Shown here: piece after piece, positions 13,290 to 26,147 of the stretch
Layout: the number at the start of each line of letters is the position of its first letter
Numbering within the stretch: the stretch's first letter is position 1
Origin: Eledone cirrhosa
Lineage: Eukaryota
Assembly: GCA_964016885.1 (NCBI GenBank)
Contig: OZ024745.1
Coordinates: 129,394,001-129,458,000, forward strand
DNA: 64,000 bases
Reading direction: 5' to 3'
Made by a program: the position numbers and the translations under genes
The notes under the pieces: model-generated
Database searches by the model: none
Seen by the model: only the letters and a program-made list of their open reading frames with translations
Told to the model about the DNA's origin: nothing

Positions 13290-13545
13290 TTTCTTCTTCT
13301 TCTTCTTCTTCTTCTTCTTCTTCTTCTTCTTCTTCTTCTTCTTCTTCTTCTTCTTCTTCTTCTTCTTTGCCCAATTATAGAGAACGTCGCGGGGACAGAG
13401 TCCCTAGACACACCTTCCAGCGGGTCCTGGTCAGAAGCAACCACCTGCAACTGATCTGGCTGGATCCTCAAACGAAACTAGCTAATATTATGGATGTTAT
13501 CCAACCATCCTGCTCGGGGTCTACCCCTGAGTCTCCTTCTTTCGA
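13290..13545 (-). mobile_element. RTE-like LINE 3' end with (AAG)n tail
   Basis: Minus strand RPRAGWLDNI..LQVVASDQD then GGGCAAA(GAA)n; homologous to 16497-16850 and 39920-40203. Confidence 0.6.
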
Positions 13546-13998
13546 AATGTAGTGATGAAAAATGAGTATATACAGTAGAAAATATATTTTTTAGAAATAA
13601 TGAATTTTCAAGAAAATCAGACTGAAATGTACTACGAATATTGATAATGAATCGATCGTTTACACGTATGTATGTGTGACCTTAATTCTTTCTGAAACAT
13701 AGCCCACAGCAGCAATAAAGTATGTGCCACCATCTCTCCCCCTCGTGGCAGTAAAACTGATTGAAATGAAGAGGTCATGGGAGGCCAATGTCCCCTGAAT
13801 GAACCTGCAACTGAATGCAACTATTGCTCTCAGCTGGCAACGCGCAGCCTCAGCAGTGTGGAATGAAACCAGGTCTTTGAGGGGACAGGCGGGTGGGCGT
13901 CAACACTGCCACTGCGTCAGGGGAACAACCTAAAACTATGGTCAATTCTCCTCATCTCTCTCTCAAACATTTTTTCTTTATCTACTTTTGTCCTCCAT

Positions 13999-14085
<87 letters not shown>

Positions 14086-14993
14086 GTCTGTCTGACGAAC
14101 TCTGTCTCTGTCTATCTGTCTTCAGCTGTCTATAAGTGTCTTTTTCTCTGAACCGATTACACCAGGCTGTAAGAATTCGTTCATAACTAAATATTGAAGA
14201 AGGACTGTCGTGAGTATTTGACTGTGTACTTTATGGTGTTGGTAAAGGCTGTGAAAGTGTTGTTGTAAAGGGTGTTAATAGTGGTGTAAGTGGCGGTCTG
14301 GGTGGTGGGTTTGATGGTTGTAGTTTTGGTGGAAGAGATTATGTTATGCCTGAATGGGGCTAATACTGTTAATGACAGTGTAGCAATAGTGTTACTGGTG
14401 ATGATGATAGTGATTGAAGTGATGGTGGTGGTGGTGGGGGTGGGGGTGTGTGATGGAATTTGCTGTCTTGTTGGTGTTAGTCGAAACTGAGAGAAGAAGC
14501 AACGGTGGTAGTAATGATGATAGATTTTTTTGATTAATCGACTAACATTAGACATACGGTACGATAGTTGTTAATTGAAAGTCTAAGATCGATAAATATT
14601 CCACCCTTGAAAATGTTTTTTTTCCTTTTTTTTTTAACTTCTTATACACATATAACTAAATATACATTAAAGAGTATCGAATATACGCAGTTTAGCGCAT
14701 CAATAATTTAATAATTGACTATGTAACCAACGGAAACATTATTTATGCAAATCAGACTAAGAGATTTAGTTATTTCATGATGTCTGGTGTCTATAAACTA
14801 TAAACTCTGTAATATAATTATTGAAATTTGTTTTTTCCTACAGATTTCTACAAGTTTCATACTTGACGACCCAATATATACTATAAACTATATCTTTATA
14901 GCATGGTGTCTTTATTACCCTTGAAATCAACTTATAGCTGTTATATATATACTCATCAGGATAATGTCATAGATTTTACATTCACTGCCTCCG

Positions 14994-15266
14994 TCACTCC
15001 TGTTCTCCCCATCTACTACAATTATAAACAAACGCGGGCCCACGCTCTGGCAGCCCTGGGGCCCCGGCGGATTGAATAAGGAAGGCGTTTCCCCGGAGGA
15101 TGGTGAAGGAGACGCGTTGGAAGAGACATTCCAGCTCGTGAGGATCACACATGCGGTTAGCCAACTCCATGCCGATGAGGGTGAGTAGGGAAATGGTCCT
15201 AGGGCTAAGGACATGAGAAGTCTTCTCTGCTATAAGCAATATTGGATAGATGACGGTGGATGTCAA
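14994..15266 (-). pseudogene. C-terminal fragment of a CRE-clade (restriction-like endonuclease) non-LTR retrotransposon ORF
   Basis: IAEKTSHVLSPRTISLLTLIGMELANRMCDPHELECLFQRVSFTILRGNA resembles the recalled CRE C-terminus (ETLG..GP..LG..L..DPR..FLFQRLS.AIQRGNA). Confidence 0.6.
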
Positions 15267-15279
15267 CTATTATGTGATG

Positions 15280-16280
15280 TGGGTCAATTATTATGTAAAG
15301 GAGTATTGGTCTTTATCTACAAGACAAAGGTCGCTTGATCTTTTACCATATCTACCTTCACTTAGCTAGCATTCGCACACACAACCCACCACTGCAAGCA
15401 TTGTCAACTTAACATTAAGCTCTCGTACTATCATTAGAACTCCTCGAGTTTCAGTAATATGGGTCAACTCTGAAATGGACTATCGGTTCTTATCTACAAG
15501 ACAATCAAGATAATGGACGCTTGGTGTTTTAGCATATCTAGTTTCACTTAGCTAACATTCGGAAACACAACTGCAAGCGCTGTCTACTTAATATTAAGCT
15601 TGAACTATCCTTAGAGCTCCTCGAGTTTCAGTAATAAGGGTCAGCTCTGTAAAGGAATATCGGTTCTTATCTACAAAACAATGGACGCTTGGCGTTTTAG
15701 CATATCTACCTTCACATAATTACCATTCACAAATACAACCCACCATTGCAAGCATTGTCTACCTGATATCAAGCTTGAACTATCCTTAGAGCTCCTCGAA
15801 TTTCAGTAATATGCGTCAACTCTGTAAAGGACTATCTGTTCTTATCTACAAGGCAATGGACACTTGTTGTTTTAGCATATTTAGTTTCACTTAGCGAACA
15901 CATTCGCAAACACAAACCACCTCTGCAAGCATTGTCAACTTAACATTAAGCTCTCGTACGATCGTTAGAACTCCTAGAGTTTCAGTAAAGGAATATCGGT
16001 TCTTATCTACAAGACAATGTACGCTTGGTGTTTTAGCATATTTAGCTTCACTTAGCTACCATTCGCAAACACAACCTACGACTGCAAGCACTGTCTACTT
16101 AATATTAAGCTCTCGTACCATCGTTAGAACTCTTCGAGTTTCAGTAATATGGGTCAACTCTGTAATGGACTATCGGTTCTTATCTACAAGACAATGGACG
16201 CTTGGTGTTTTAGTATATCAACATTCACATAGTTACCATTCATTAATTCAACCCACCACTGCATGTATTGTCTACGTAAC
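15280..16280. repeat. About 175-180 bp tandem satellite, 5-6 diverged units
   Basis: GGGTCAACTCTGTAAAGGACTATCGGTTCTTATCTACAAGACAATGGACGCTTGG recurs at about 15280, 15461, 15638, 15813, 15985 (partly deleted) and 16151. Confidence 0.9.
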
Positions 16281-16495
16281 AGGTGATTCACTGACTAGAT
16301 ATATTTATTTGAATATCTCTTCACGAGTCTGACTGTCGAAAAATGCCAAAAGGAACCTTAACAGAAAATAAACAAACCAACCATCAAAATAACCGGAAAA
16401 CAACAGAGAACAGCTGTTGCGTTAAAGGATATAACTTAGATTGTCATAATGTCGACTTGGATTTGGTTATAAAGGATTTAAAATGTCACAAACAC

Positions 16496-16496
<1 letters not shown>

Positions 16497-16526
<30 letters not shown>

Positions 16527-16850
16527 CTTCTTCTTCTTCTTCTTCTTCTTCTTCTTCTTCTTCTTCTTCTTCTTCTTCTTCTTCTTCTTCTTCTTCTTCT
16601 TCTTCTTCTTCTTCTTCTTCTTCTTCTTCTTCTCTCTCCTCCTACTTCTTATCTCTCTCTCCTCCACCTTCGTCTTCTCCTTCTTCGCCCATGTATACTA
16701 GGGAGGGTTTTGTGGCCAGTGTCTTCAAACACGTCTTTCAACGGATCTTATCAGAAGTAACCGTCCCCAATTGATCCGGCTGAATTCCCATCTGAGACCA
16801 GCCAAGCTCATGGATGTTATCCAACTATCTTGCTTGGGTTTCCTGTCGAT
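16497..16850 (-). mobile_element. RTE-like 3' end with long (AAG)n tail
   Basis: GTTGGATAACATCCAT..CAGCCGGATCAATTG..CTTCTGA shared with the 13290-13545 copy; about 45 TTC units adjoin. Confidence 0.55.
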
Positions 16851-16889
16851 TATGTAACATCAACATCTTTTTTAATGTTATTATTATAT

Positions 16890-17002
16890 CTGGATTGGCA
16901 GTATCGGTAGAGGGTCGAACGCCATCTTTGCAGCCTAGAGTTACGTCCCTTTATGATGTGAGTTCAAATCCCGCCGAGGTTAACTTTGCTTTTCATCCTT
17001 AC
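16890..17002 (+). mobile_element. Nin-domain SINE, 5' part
   Basis: GGATTGGCAGTATCGGTAGAGGGTCG..GAGTTCAAATCCCGCCGAGG. Confidence 0.8.
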
Positions 17003-17174
17003 GCTCTGTAGAGGAGACGTGTTGGGTATAGAGTTAACTTCACACCAATTAAACCTCATAACCATAGACGAGTTGGATATCCTTTTCAGATGAAACGCAC
17101 AAGTATTGTTTGTTAATTGTCGAGAAACTCTCTCTTACTCTCTCGCTCACTCTCTCTCTTCATATATATATTAC

Positions 17175-17261
<87 letters not shown>

Positions 17262-17295
17262 GTATTTATATAACGAAGGATAGTAGAATGGGTAA

Positions 17296-17412
17296 TAGGA
17301 AAAAGCTTAACCCCGACGGCAGAGCTCAAGCCGGTTCGACGGCTATTTCTGGAGTCCAGAAATAGCCGTCGAAACGGCTTGAACTCTGCCTTCGGGGTTA
17401 AACTTTTGCCTA
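17296..17412. repeat. Fold-back palindrome of pLTR/HHR half
   Basis: CCCCGACGGCAGAGCTCAAGCCG..GGCTATTTCTGGA followed by its reverse complement; centre near 17352. Confidence 0.85.
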
Positions 17413-17466
17413 TATATTTATATATATATATGTATAAATATTTCGTATCTCCAAAGAAATCCTATT

Positions 17467-17503
<37 letters not shown>

Positions 17504-17777
17504 CATATATTTAGATATAGAAACCATTTAGGAGTGAAGTAAAACTTTGGAGTATATTTTTTTATTGTATATTTTACAGGAATTATCATTAAAGTAGTTA
17601 ATAAATTAAAGTTGACACCAGAGATCCGGACGCCAAAATACCAGAGATGAACAGAAATAGAATATTATGAATCAATGAATAATTGGATTTTGGTATTTAT
17701 GTATTCTTCAATCGAAAACCTTGTTCTCGTTTCTACAAAGACATCACAAGTTACAGAAATAGATATATTACACGCTC

Positions 17778-18040
17778 AGAGATATATAGAGATATATAGA
17801 GATATATAGAGATATACATAGACATATATAGAGATATATAGAGATATATAGAGATACATAGAGATATATAGAGATATATAGAGATATATAGAGATATATA
17901 GAGATATATAGAGATACATAGAGATATATAGAGATATATAGAGATATATAGAGATACATAGAGATATATAGAGATACATAGAGATATATAGAGATATATA
18001 GAGATTTATAGAGATATATAGAGATATATAAAGATATAAA
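17778..18040. repeat. (GAGATATATA)n decamer minisatellite
   Basis: About 25 tandem 10-bp units. Confidence 0.9.
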
Positions 18041-18230
18041 TATAAGGATGAGTGTAGACACAAACCGGCACAAACATATATGTATGTTATGTATGTATGT
18101 ATGTAATGTATGGTTGTGTGTAAGTATGTATGTATGTATGTATGTATGTATATATATATATACATACATACATACATATATACTTACTTACATACGGCGA
18201 TCGACAGTGTCTCTGTCTCTTTCTTATATG

Positions 18231-18869
18231 TCAGGTCACCAGTTGGTGCTACTGGTAACATGTATCCAGGTACAACCTGTCTCATGGTCGGGTCGTTGGC
18301 GACTAAACTGGCAACCCCACCAAGGTTTCTTGGTGAGGAGGGTGACTTTGGACATCCTGCAGGACTAAAAACAAAACCTGTCAAAGGGCAAAGGAGCTCT
18401 TAAGAGTCAATGGCCATCCAAAATCACCGGGAGAGATGACCCCTTTAGCCTTAGTCAAGGCAGAATTCTAGGAGAAGGAAAACTCTGATATAACACCTGC
18501 AACCCTGATGGTATCCAATGATGTTGACTTGTTCTTCTTTTTGGTAAATATCATCTTGGTTAAGAGAGTGGGACTGGCTTTGTGCAGTGCCTTTGCTCAC
18601 TATAAAAGCTTCACGGCACAGGCATTGCTTTATATCTGGAGATCTCTCTGCACTTGTCCTCACATGGGCCCAGCACTATGTGTCAATGATTGTCCTACCA
18701 TGGGCCTAGCACTATGTGTCAATGATTGTCACAGGTGTAGTGTTTGTACCAGAGGTTTCAAGTCGCTGGCTGGACTAAAAAGTCACACTCGTTCAGCGCT
18801 TCGGTAGGGGTTATCCTACATGGATGTAAAGTAGTGGCCGTACTCGAAAACGAGTTGGCAGCCACCATG
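18231..18869 (+). mobile_element. Full-length non-autonomous RTE-derived element (~640 bp)
   Basis: Near-identical to the reverse complement of 24525-25134; 3' part encodes [17 protein letters not shown] (C2H2-like RTE C-terminus). Confidence 0.75.
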
Positions 18870-19064
18870 TATATATGTATGTTTGTATGTATGTGTATAT
18901 CTATCTATATGCATTATATATATGTATATATATATATATATATGTATGCATATATGTATAAATTATATATATATGAATATACACATGTGTTGGCGCGGTT
19001 TCGTGTGTTTTTATGTGTACGGATATGTATATATTAATTGAATATATATATATAAATATATGTA

Positions 19065-19161
<97 letters not shown>

Positions 19162-19335
19162 TATATATATATATATATATAAAATCCATCATTTCTTATG
19201 TTCACTAGGACTTCAAAGTATGGAGAGAGATGATATACAGCAATAAACAACCTCTTTCAACGTAATTGAATGGGCGATCTAATTTGTAAAGCACACAACA
19301 GATACCACATACATATGGACACACACACACGTATA

Positions 19336-19379
<44 letters not shown>

Positions 19380-19382
<3 letters not shown>

Positions 19383-19580
19383 CGAAGGAGTTGTGGTAAG
19401 GAAACAGATAGACCATAACGCACCAGAGTACTCAAGTACTTAGGGTAGTAGAGTGGGTAATAGGAAAATGTATGACCCCGACGGCAGAGCTCAAGCAGTT
19501 TCGACGGCTATTGCTGGACTAGTCCAGCAATAGCCGTCGAAACTGCTTGAGCTCTGCCGTCGGGGTCATGCTTTTTCCTA
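19380..19580. mobile_element. Penelope pLTR fragment with fold-back (19461-19580)
   Basis: Near-perfect palindrome centred on GGACTAGTCC; both arms carry GAAA-helix III-GTC; GAGTACTC at 19426; flanked by (TA)n. Confidence 0.75.
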
Positions 19581-19765
19581 TATATATATATAAATGTATT
19601 TGATTATATATATATATATAATATATACAGATATAAATGTATGTATGTAAATATATATATATATATGAATTTATATGATTATATATATATATAATATATA
19701 CATATATAAATGTATATGATTATATACATATCAATGTATATGTATATATATATATATAAATATAT

Positions 19766-19820
<55 letters not shown>

Positions 19821-20093
19821 ATATATATATACATCAGTGTGTGTGTGTGTATGTGAGTGAGTGTGTGTATATGAGTGAGTGTGTATGTATATATATGTAT
19901 ATATATGTATATATATGTATATATATGTGAGTGTGTATGTTATCATGTATTTATTAACTTAATTCTTTGTCTACTTATCTATATATTGGTTTAAATATAT
20001 CTTTATAGTATTCCGCCAATCGATGCAAAATAATCAATGTTGGTGATCTTTCAGATCAAAATATGGATTCTATATATATATGTTAACGGGAAA

Positions 20094-20167
<74 letters not shown>

Positions 20168-20168
20168 T

Positions 20169-20207
<39 letters not shown>

Positions 20208-20319
20208 TATATATATATATATACGATAGGGTATTGTAAGATACCAGGTTGACCATAACCCGCCAGAGTACTCGATAGTTTGGGTAGAAGACCGGAGCTC
20301 AGCCGTCTGGGTCCTCAAT

Positions 20320-20364
<45 letters not shown>

Positions 20365-20929
20365 GATTTTATGTGTGTGTGTGCGCGGACATATGTGTAT
20401 GTGCGTGTGTGTGTGCGCGCGCGCGTATAAATTTATTCATGAAATAAAATCGATACATAAATCCTATATCTATCTACAGATATCTCGGTTTATCAAGTGT
20501 TTTCTGCTCTGCACATACACTCATACATACATACATACATACATACATACATACATACATACATACATACATACATACATACATACATACATACATACAT
20601 TGATATACACACATATATATATATGTATGTGTGTTTGTGTTAGAATGTGCGTTCATTTTCAGGTTTTTAAATTGGTTTAAACCATTACAGAATACAGTTG
20701 AATATTTTATTCTCTTGCTTCAATGGCGGTCTTCGCTTCGAATATATATAGTTTATATTTTTCCTGTATATCTAGTGTTTAATGCAGTTTCTTTCTCACA
20801 TTTTTGGAGGAGTAACTCTACTTTGTCTTTAACGTTTGTTTGCAGATGGCTAATCTCGGATGCTACAGAAGAATACATCAGAGTATATTTGGAAATCTTA
20901 ACGTTTGATAAAATGTTTAATAAACTTAT

Positions 20930-21360
20930 GTGACTCCTTAAATGTATGATTCCTGATGTAAAACATTTTGAAGAAACGACTCTTTGGTATCCCACTGTAT
21001 CTTTAATTTTTCTTGATTTTCGTTTTTGGAAAGCAAAAGTTTGGAAATATACTTTTGAGAACACTCAATATATGTGTGAAGGTGGCATCACACACTTCAG
21101 CGTTCCATAGAGTGCTGGTTTAAATTGAGAAGATATTCTGAGTTGAAAACCCCTGAAAACAGGCATAGAATTAGTAGAAATCACTTGAGTGACGTATATA
21201 AAATTAAGAGAGTAGACTTTTAAAATTAAATATACACTGCACATCAATTCGTTTAGATTCACAGGGAAAAGTAATGCGACGCCACTTTCAAAATACCTTC
21301 GGGCTGGAACAAGACTCAGGAGAAACAATAATAAGGTGTATTTATGGAAAGGCATAACGT
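20930..21360 (-). pseudogene. Possible degenerate hAT (Charlie/Buster-like) transposase C-terminus
   Basis: ALYGTLKCVMPPSHIY*VFSK..QKRKSR loosely resembles the hAT dimerisation motif ALKxLxPFxTTYLCExxFS..KxKxR. Confidence 0.3.
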
Positions 21361-21727
21361 AGTTGTGGTATCTACTGTTGTTGAAGTACTATGGGAAATA
21401 TTTCTGTCTTGATGCTATCCAATTATACCTGGAATATGATAAGAGAAAAAAAAATTTCCGACTTCATGGAAAGAACTGCAAACTTAAAGCATTTAACCAG
21501 ATTCTATTGTTTCTTGGTAATAATGTTTCCACCTAGCCTTGCCTTATGAATAACATTCCTAATTAGACGCATAGCTGTGAACAATATTGCCAACGAACAA
21601 AACAAGATTGAGTCTGTATCGAGTCTTCAGTGAAATAATATAATATTCTTTAATCCTTGAAGTCTTGAAGTCTTACAATACTGTGCGTGGGTATATATTT
21701 GTTATTACGACCACACACACGCACACA

Positions 21728-22120
<393 letters not shown>

Positions 22121-22229
22121 TTAGATGCATATATATATATGTAAATATATATATATGTATTTACATATATATATACATACACACACACACACTCATACAC
22201 ACATGCCCCCCCCCCATATATATATATAT

Positions 22230-22850
22230 ACAAGACTTCTGCCCCTTACCAGTATTGGCCATGGTTGGTAAGGTCGTCTCGCCATCTTGTCCATTTTCTT
22301 GGTGTCCACTCTGTCACTCTGATCGTTCATCTTGTCACTGAGTCGTGAAATGTGGCCGGCCCAACTGTGTTTGTCTTGATGGTTGTTATTATGTCATTGA
22401 CACCAGGGCGGTGGATTGGCAGTATCGGTAGAAGGTTGGATGCCATGCTTTCCAGCATAGTTACGTCCCTTTACGTTCTGAGTTCAAATCCCGCCGAGGT
22501 TAACTTTGCCTTTCATCCTTACGGGGGTCGATAAAATAAAGTACCAGTAATATACTGGTTGATTGCTGGCCTTGTGCCAAACGTAGAAACAATTATGTCA
22601 TTGACACCAGTTTGTTGTCGGATCCAAGTGTTCTTCTTGTCACGCAGCGTGCTACTCACTGGGTGATACTGAGAATGTTCTTCCTGTTGTTATTCAGCAC
22701 CCAGGTCTCACTGCCATACGACACCATTGGCAAGATATGCTCGTGGGGGATTTGCCGCTTTATTCTCATAGTGGCCTTTCGACTCTTCATGAAATTATAT
22801 GCCTTTCTGAGACCACCCATCCAAGCGTGATTCTACTCCAGGAGAACGTC
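22230..22850 (-). pseudogene. RTE-like LINE fragment interrupted by a SINE
   Basis: Minus strand LPMVSYGSETW and WAGH-type RTE C-terminal motifs; SINE at 22407-22594 with a 19-bp target-site duplication. Confidence 0.6.
22407..22594 (+). mobile_element. Full-length Nin-domain SINE with TSD
   Basis: ATTATGTCATTGACACCAG at 22388-22406 and 22592-22610. Confidence 0.92.
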
Positions 22851-24524
22851 ACCGTCCTTTGTAACCATCTTCCCTAAATAAACATGGCTGTACTCCCTCA
22901 ATGATCTTGCTATATATATATATATTAGAAAGAACCAGGGTCTGGCGGTTGAGAACTCTCGCCGTTTCGACAGCTAATGTGTATGTAGGTATGCGAATGC
23001 GTGTGCGTTTATGTGTGGTTGTATGTGTTTGTGTGAACCTGTGTATGTGTGTATGTGTCATAGTGTTAAAAAAGATGAAGCCCAATGAACAATTAATCGG
23101 CTTTCCCAGATTACCTTTCATATTCTTATCCTTGTGTCTTTGCGGTAGCATTATGAGATAGCAATGTTTTAATCATTTGCACGAAAGTGTTTGAAGGCAA
23201 ACTTAATACTTTAATTGATAAAACTTTAAAGCAAACTGAAGTGTACAGAAAAGGTAAATATTAGTTTACTATCAATGTCAATTTTCGATCAGCCTTTAAG
23301 GAAGACATATATGGACTTGATATAAAATTCTTCACTGGATTGCTCACCTAGCGTAAATTCATGATAAATAGCTACTGAAAAAGCTTGTATATTTGTAGGC
23401 GAAAAGTAATAGAATGTTTAAAACAGTTTTGCAAAATATATCGCTATGGTAATTAGCAGTTATATATGAAGATGTAGCCGCTGAGAAATGGGAAATAATG
23501 AAATATTTCCAGAAATGCCTCTAGTAATTATTAAAGTAAAAAATTGAGATTAGCCAAAACTTAAGATTCTTTATCATTATCTAACATATTTGGCCCCGTG
23601 CCTAAATCACAAACCATTATTTAACATATTATTTGAACTTGCTTTGGGCTTTTTAATGTTTTCGCTGTTAATTATACTCTGAAAAAAATTAACTTTAAAT
23701 TACGTTGACGGCGTCTGGAAATAATATATAATTTCATTAATTCTTTTATCCTGCACAACATACATACTGTTTCTTTATTACACAATTTTACTTTACTTAG
23801 TGAGCTCACTTTACTGGCTATTCATTCGCTAATATTCCAGTATGTTAGGCTGCATTTCGTTGAAGTGGTTCCCCCACACAGCGAGCTAGAATTTGGAGAC
23901 AAATCTCTCTCAAATCCTGCCCTGTCTTCTTCCAAAATGAAAGACACTGTACAATATAGATATCAATTCTCTTTGGATTAAGGAAAATACTTGATGATCA
24001 CAGCTAGAACACATTTGACGATATCACTGAGAATTTTATGAAGCTAAAGATCAACAACAAAGTTAAATATTTTTTTAACGGGCATTTAATTTTTTTTGAC
24101 AGTTTAATCTTTAAAACATTTAATATATCTTCGTTCGGAAAATAGTTTATGTTACATTGCTTAAGTTTAAATGAGTGTAGGAAGTAGGAAGAAGATTTGC
24201 AGGGTGCAGCAAAGTTAATAAAAACTAACTCATTACCCAAGGGAAATAGAGACCGGAAAAAATATGAATAAACAAGGAAGTGTGAATAGATATAGAAATG
24301 TGGGAGATATTAAAATTTAGTATAAAATCTAAAATCTCCGGGATCATTATCGTTGTCAGAAATTGAAGGAAATCATCGTCGATATCATCATATTCTGGTG
24401 TGGGTGGTTAAATTGGATAGTGCAAACGTTAAGTCATAGATACACAATTACACATCCACACATACATACATACATACATATATATATATATACATACATA
24501 CATACATGCATACATACATACATA

Positions 24525-25134
24525 CATGGTGGCTGCCAACTCGTTTTCGAGTACGGCCACTACTTTATATCCATGTAGGAGAACCCCTACCGATGCGCTG
24601 AACGAGTGTGACTTTTCAGTCCGGCCAGCGACTTGAAAACTTTGGTACAAACACTACACTTGTGACAATTATTGACACATAGTGCTGGGCCCATGGTACC
24701 ATGTGACGACAAGTGCAGAGAGATCTCCAGATATAAAGCAATGCCTGTGCCGTGAAGCTTTTATAGTGAGCAAAGGCACTGCACAAAGCCAGTCCCACTC
24801 TCTTAACCAAGATGATATTTACCAAAAAGAAGAACAAGTCAACATCATTGGATATCATCAGGGTTGCAGGTGTTATATCAGAGTTTTCCTTCTCCTAGAA
24901 TTCTGCCTTGACAAAGGCTAAGGGGTCATCTCTCCCGGTGATTTTGGATGGCCATTGACTGTTAAGAGCTCCTTTGCCCTTTGACAGGTTTTGTTTTTAG
25001 TCCTGCAGGATGTCCAAAGTCACCCTCCTCACCAAGAAACCTTGGTGGGGTTGCCAGTTTAGTCGCCAACGACCCGACCATGGGACAGGTTGTACTGGGA
25101 TACATGTTACCAGTAGCACCAACTGGTGACCTGA
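24525..25134 (-). mobile_element. Full-length non-autonomous RTE-derived element
   Basis: Reverse complement of 18231-18869; (CATA)n on both flanks. Confidence 0.78.
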
Positions 25135-25223
25135 CATACATACATACATACATACATACATACATACATGTATATATATATATACATACATACATACATG
25201 CATACATACATACATACATACAT

Positions 25224-25278
<55 letters not shown>

Positions 25279-25335
25279 TTTATCCGGGGTTCAATCGGGG
25301 GTAAAACACAGTAAGTAAGGTACTCAATACAAAGC

Positions 25336-25384
25336 GCTTCCTGATGATTTCTCGCGAATGAAACAGTTCTAGTCCTGTAGAAGC
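25336..25384 (+). ncRNA. Type I hammerhead ribozyme motif
   Basis: GCTTC CTGATGA TTTC-TCGC-GAAT GAAA CAG-TTCTAGTC-CTG TA GAAGC; same family as 11790. Confidence 0.78.
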
Positions 25385-25395
25385 CTTTTCTATAT

Positions 25396-25443
<48 letters not shown>

Positions 25444-25571
25444 CACACACACATATATCTATATATATATATATATATACATATATAGATATATATAGGA
25501 AAAGAGTCAGGACGCCGACGGCTGAGCTCCGGCCGTTTCGACAGCTAGTTCCTTACCACACTTCCTTCGTT

Positions 25572-25636
<65 letters not shown>

Positions 25637-25768
25637 GAGGTTATATTTAATTTGTTGGGATTCAACAAGCTTTAAAATATTTTATAACTGATATAAAGCA
25701 CTCAACAGCTAAGTGGAGTAAATACACAATATATTAATAAATGGAAACTATATTTATAAAACCATATT

Positions 25769-25834
25769 TATTTTATTATACATATTTCAAGGGCAACCAA
25801 GGCAAATTATGGTGCGCTTTCATCAGATAAAATA
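25769..25834 (-). ncRNA. Type I hammerhead ribozyme motif within pLTR 25633-25865
   Basis: Minus strand: TATTTTAT CTGATGA AAGCGCACCA..TGGTTGCCCTT GAAA TATGTA TA ATAAAATA; 8-bp helix I; same family as 46223. Confidence 0.78.
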
Positions 25835-25953
25835 CAGATTTGTTTTATAAATAAATATTGACATACCCGGAAAAAAAGACACCCTTAACGGTTGGAGCTT
25901 CCAGGATGCTCCAACTGTTAAGGTTGTCTTTTTTTCGGGTATGTCAATAGACA

Positions 25954-26147
25954 GGGCGGTGGATTGGCAGTATCGGTAGAGGGTCGGACGCCATGCTTTG
26001 ACGTATAGAGTTACGGCCCTTGCCATTCTGAGTTCAAATCCCGTCGAGGTTAACTTTGCCTTTCATCCTTACGGGGTCGATAAAATAAAGTACCAGTAAT
26101 GTACTGGGGTAATTGCTGGCCTTGTGCCAATAGTAGAAACAATTATT
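25954..26147 (+). mobile_element. Full-length Nin-domain SINE
   Basis: Complete head, core and tail. Confidence 0.9.

Noticed and set aside
14960-15186. Apparent plus-strand exon ending in GTGAGT
   Set aside because: Better explained by the minus-strand CRE-like peptide; the plus-strand peptide is unrecognisable
15280-16280. CRISPR-like regular spacing
   Set aside because: Whole units are homologous with no unique spacers; eukaryotic satellite
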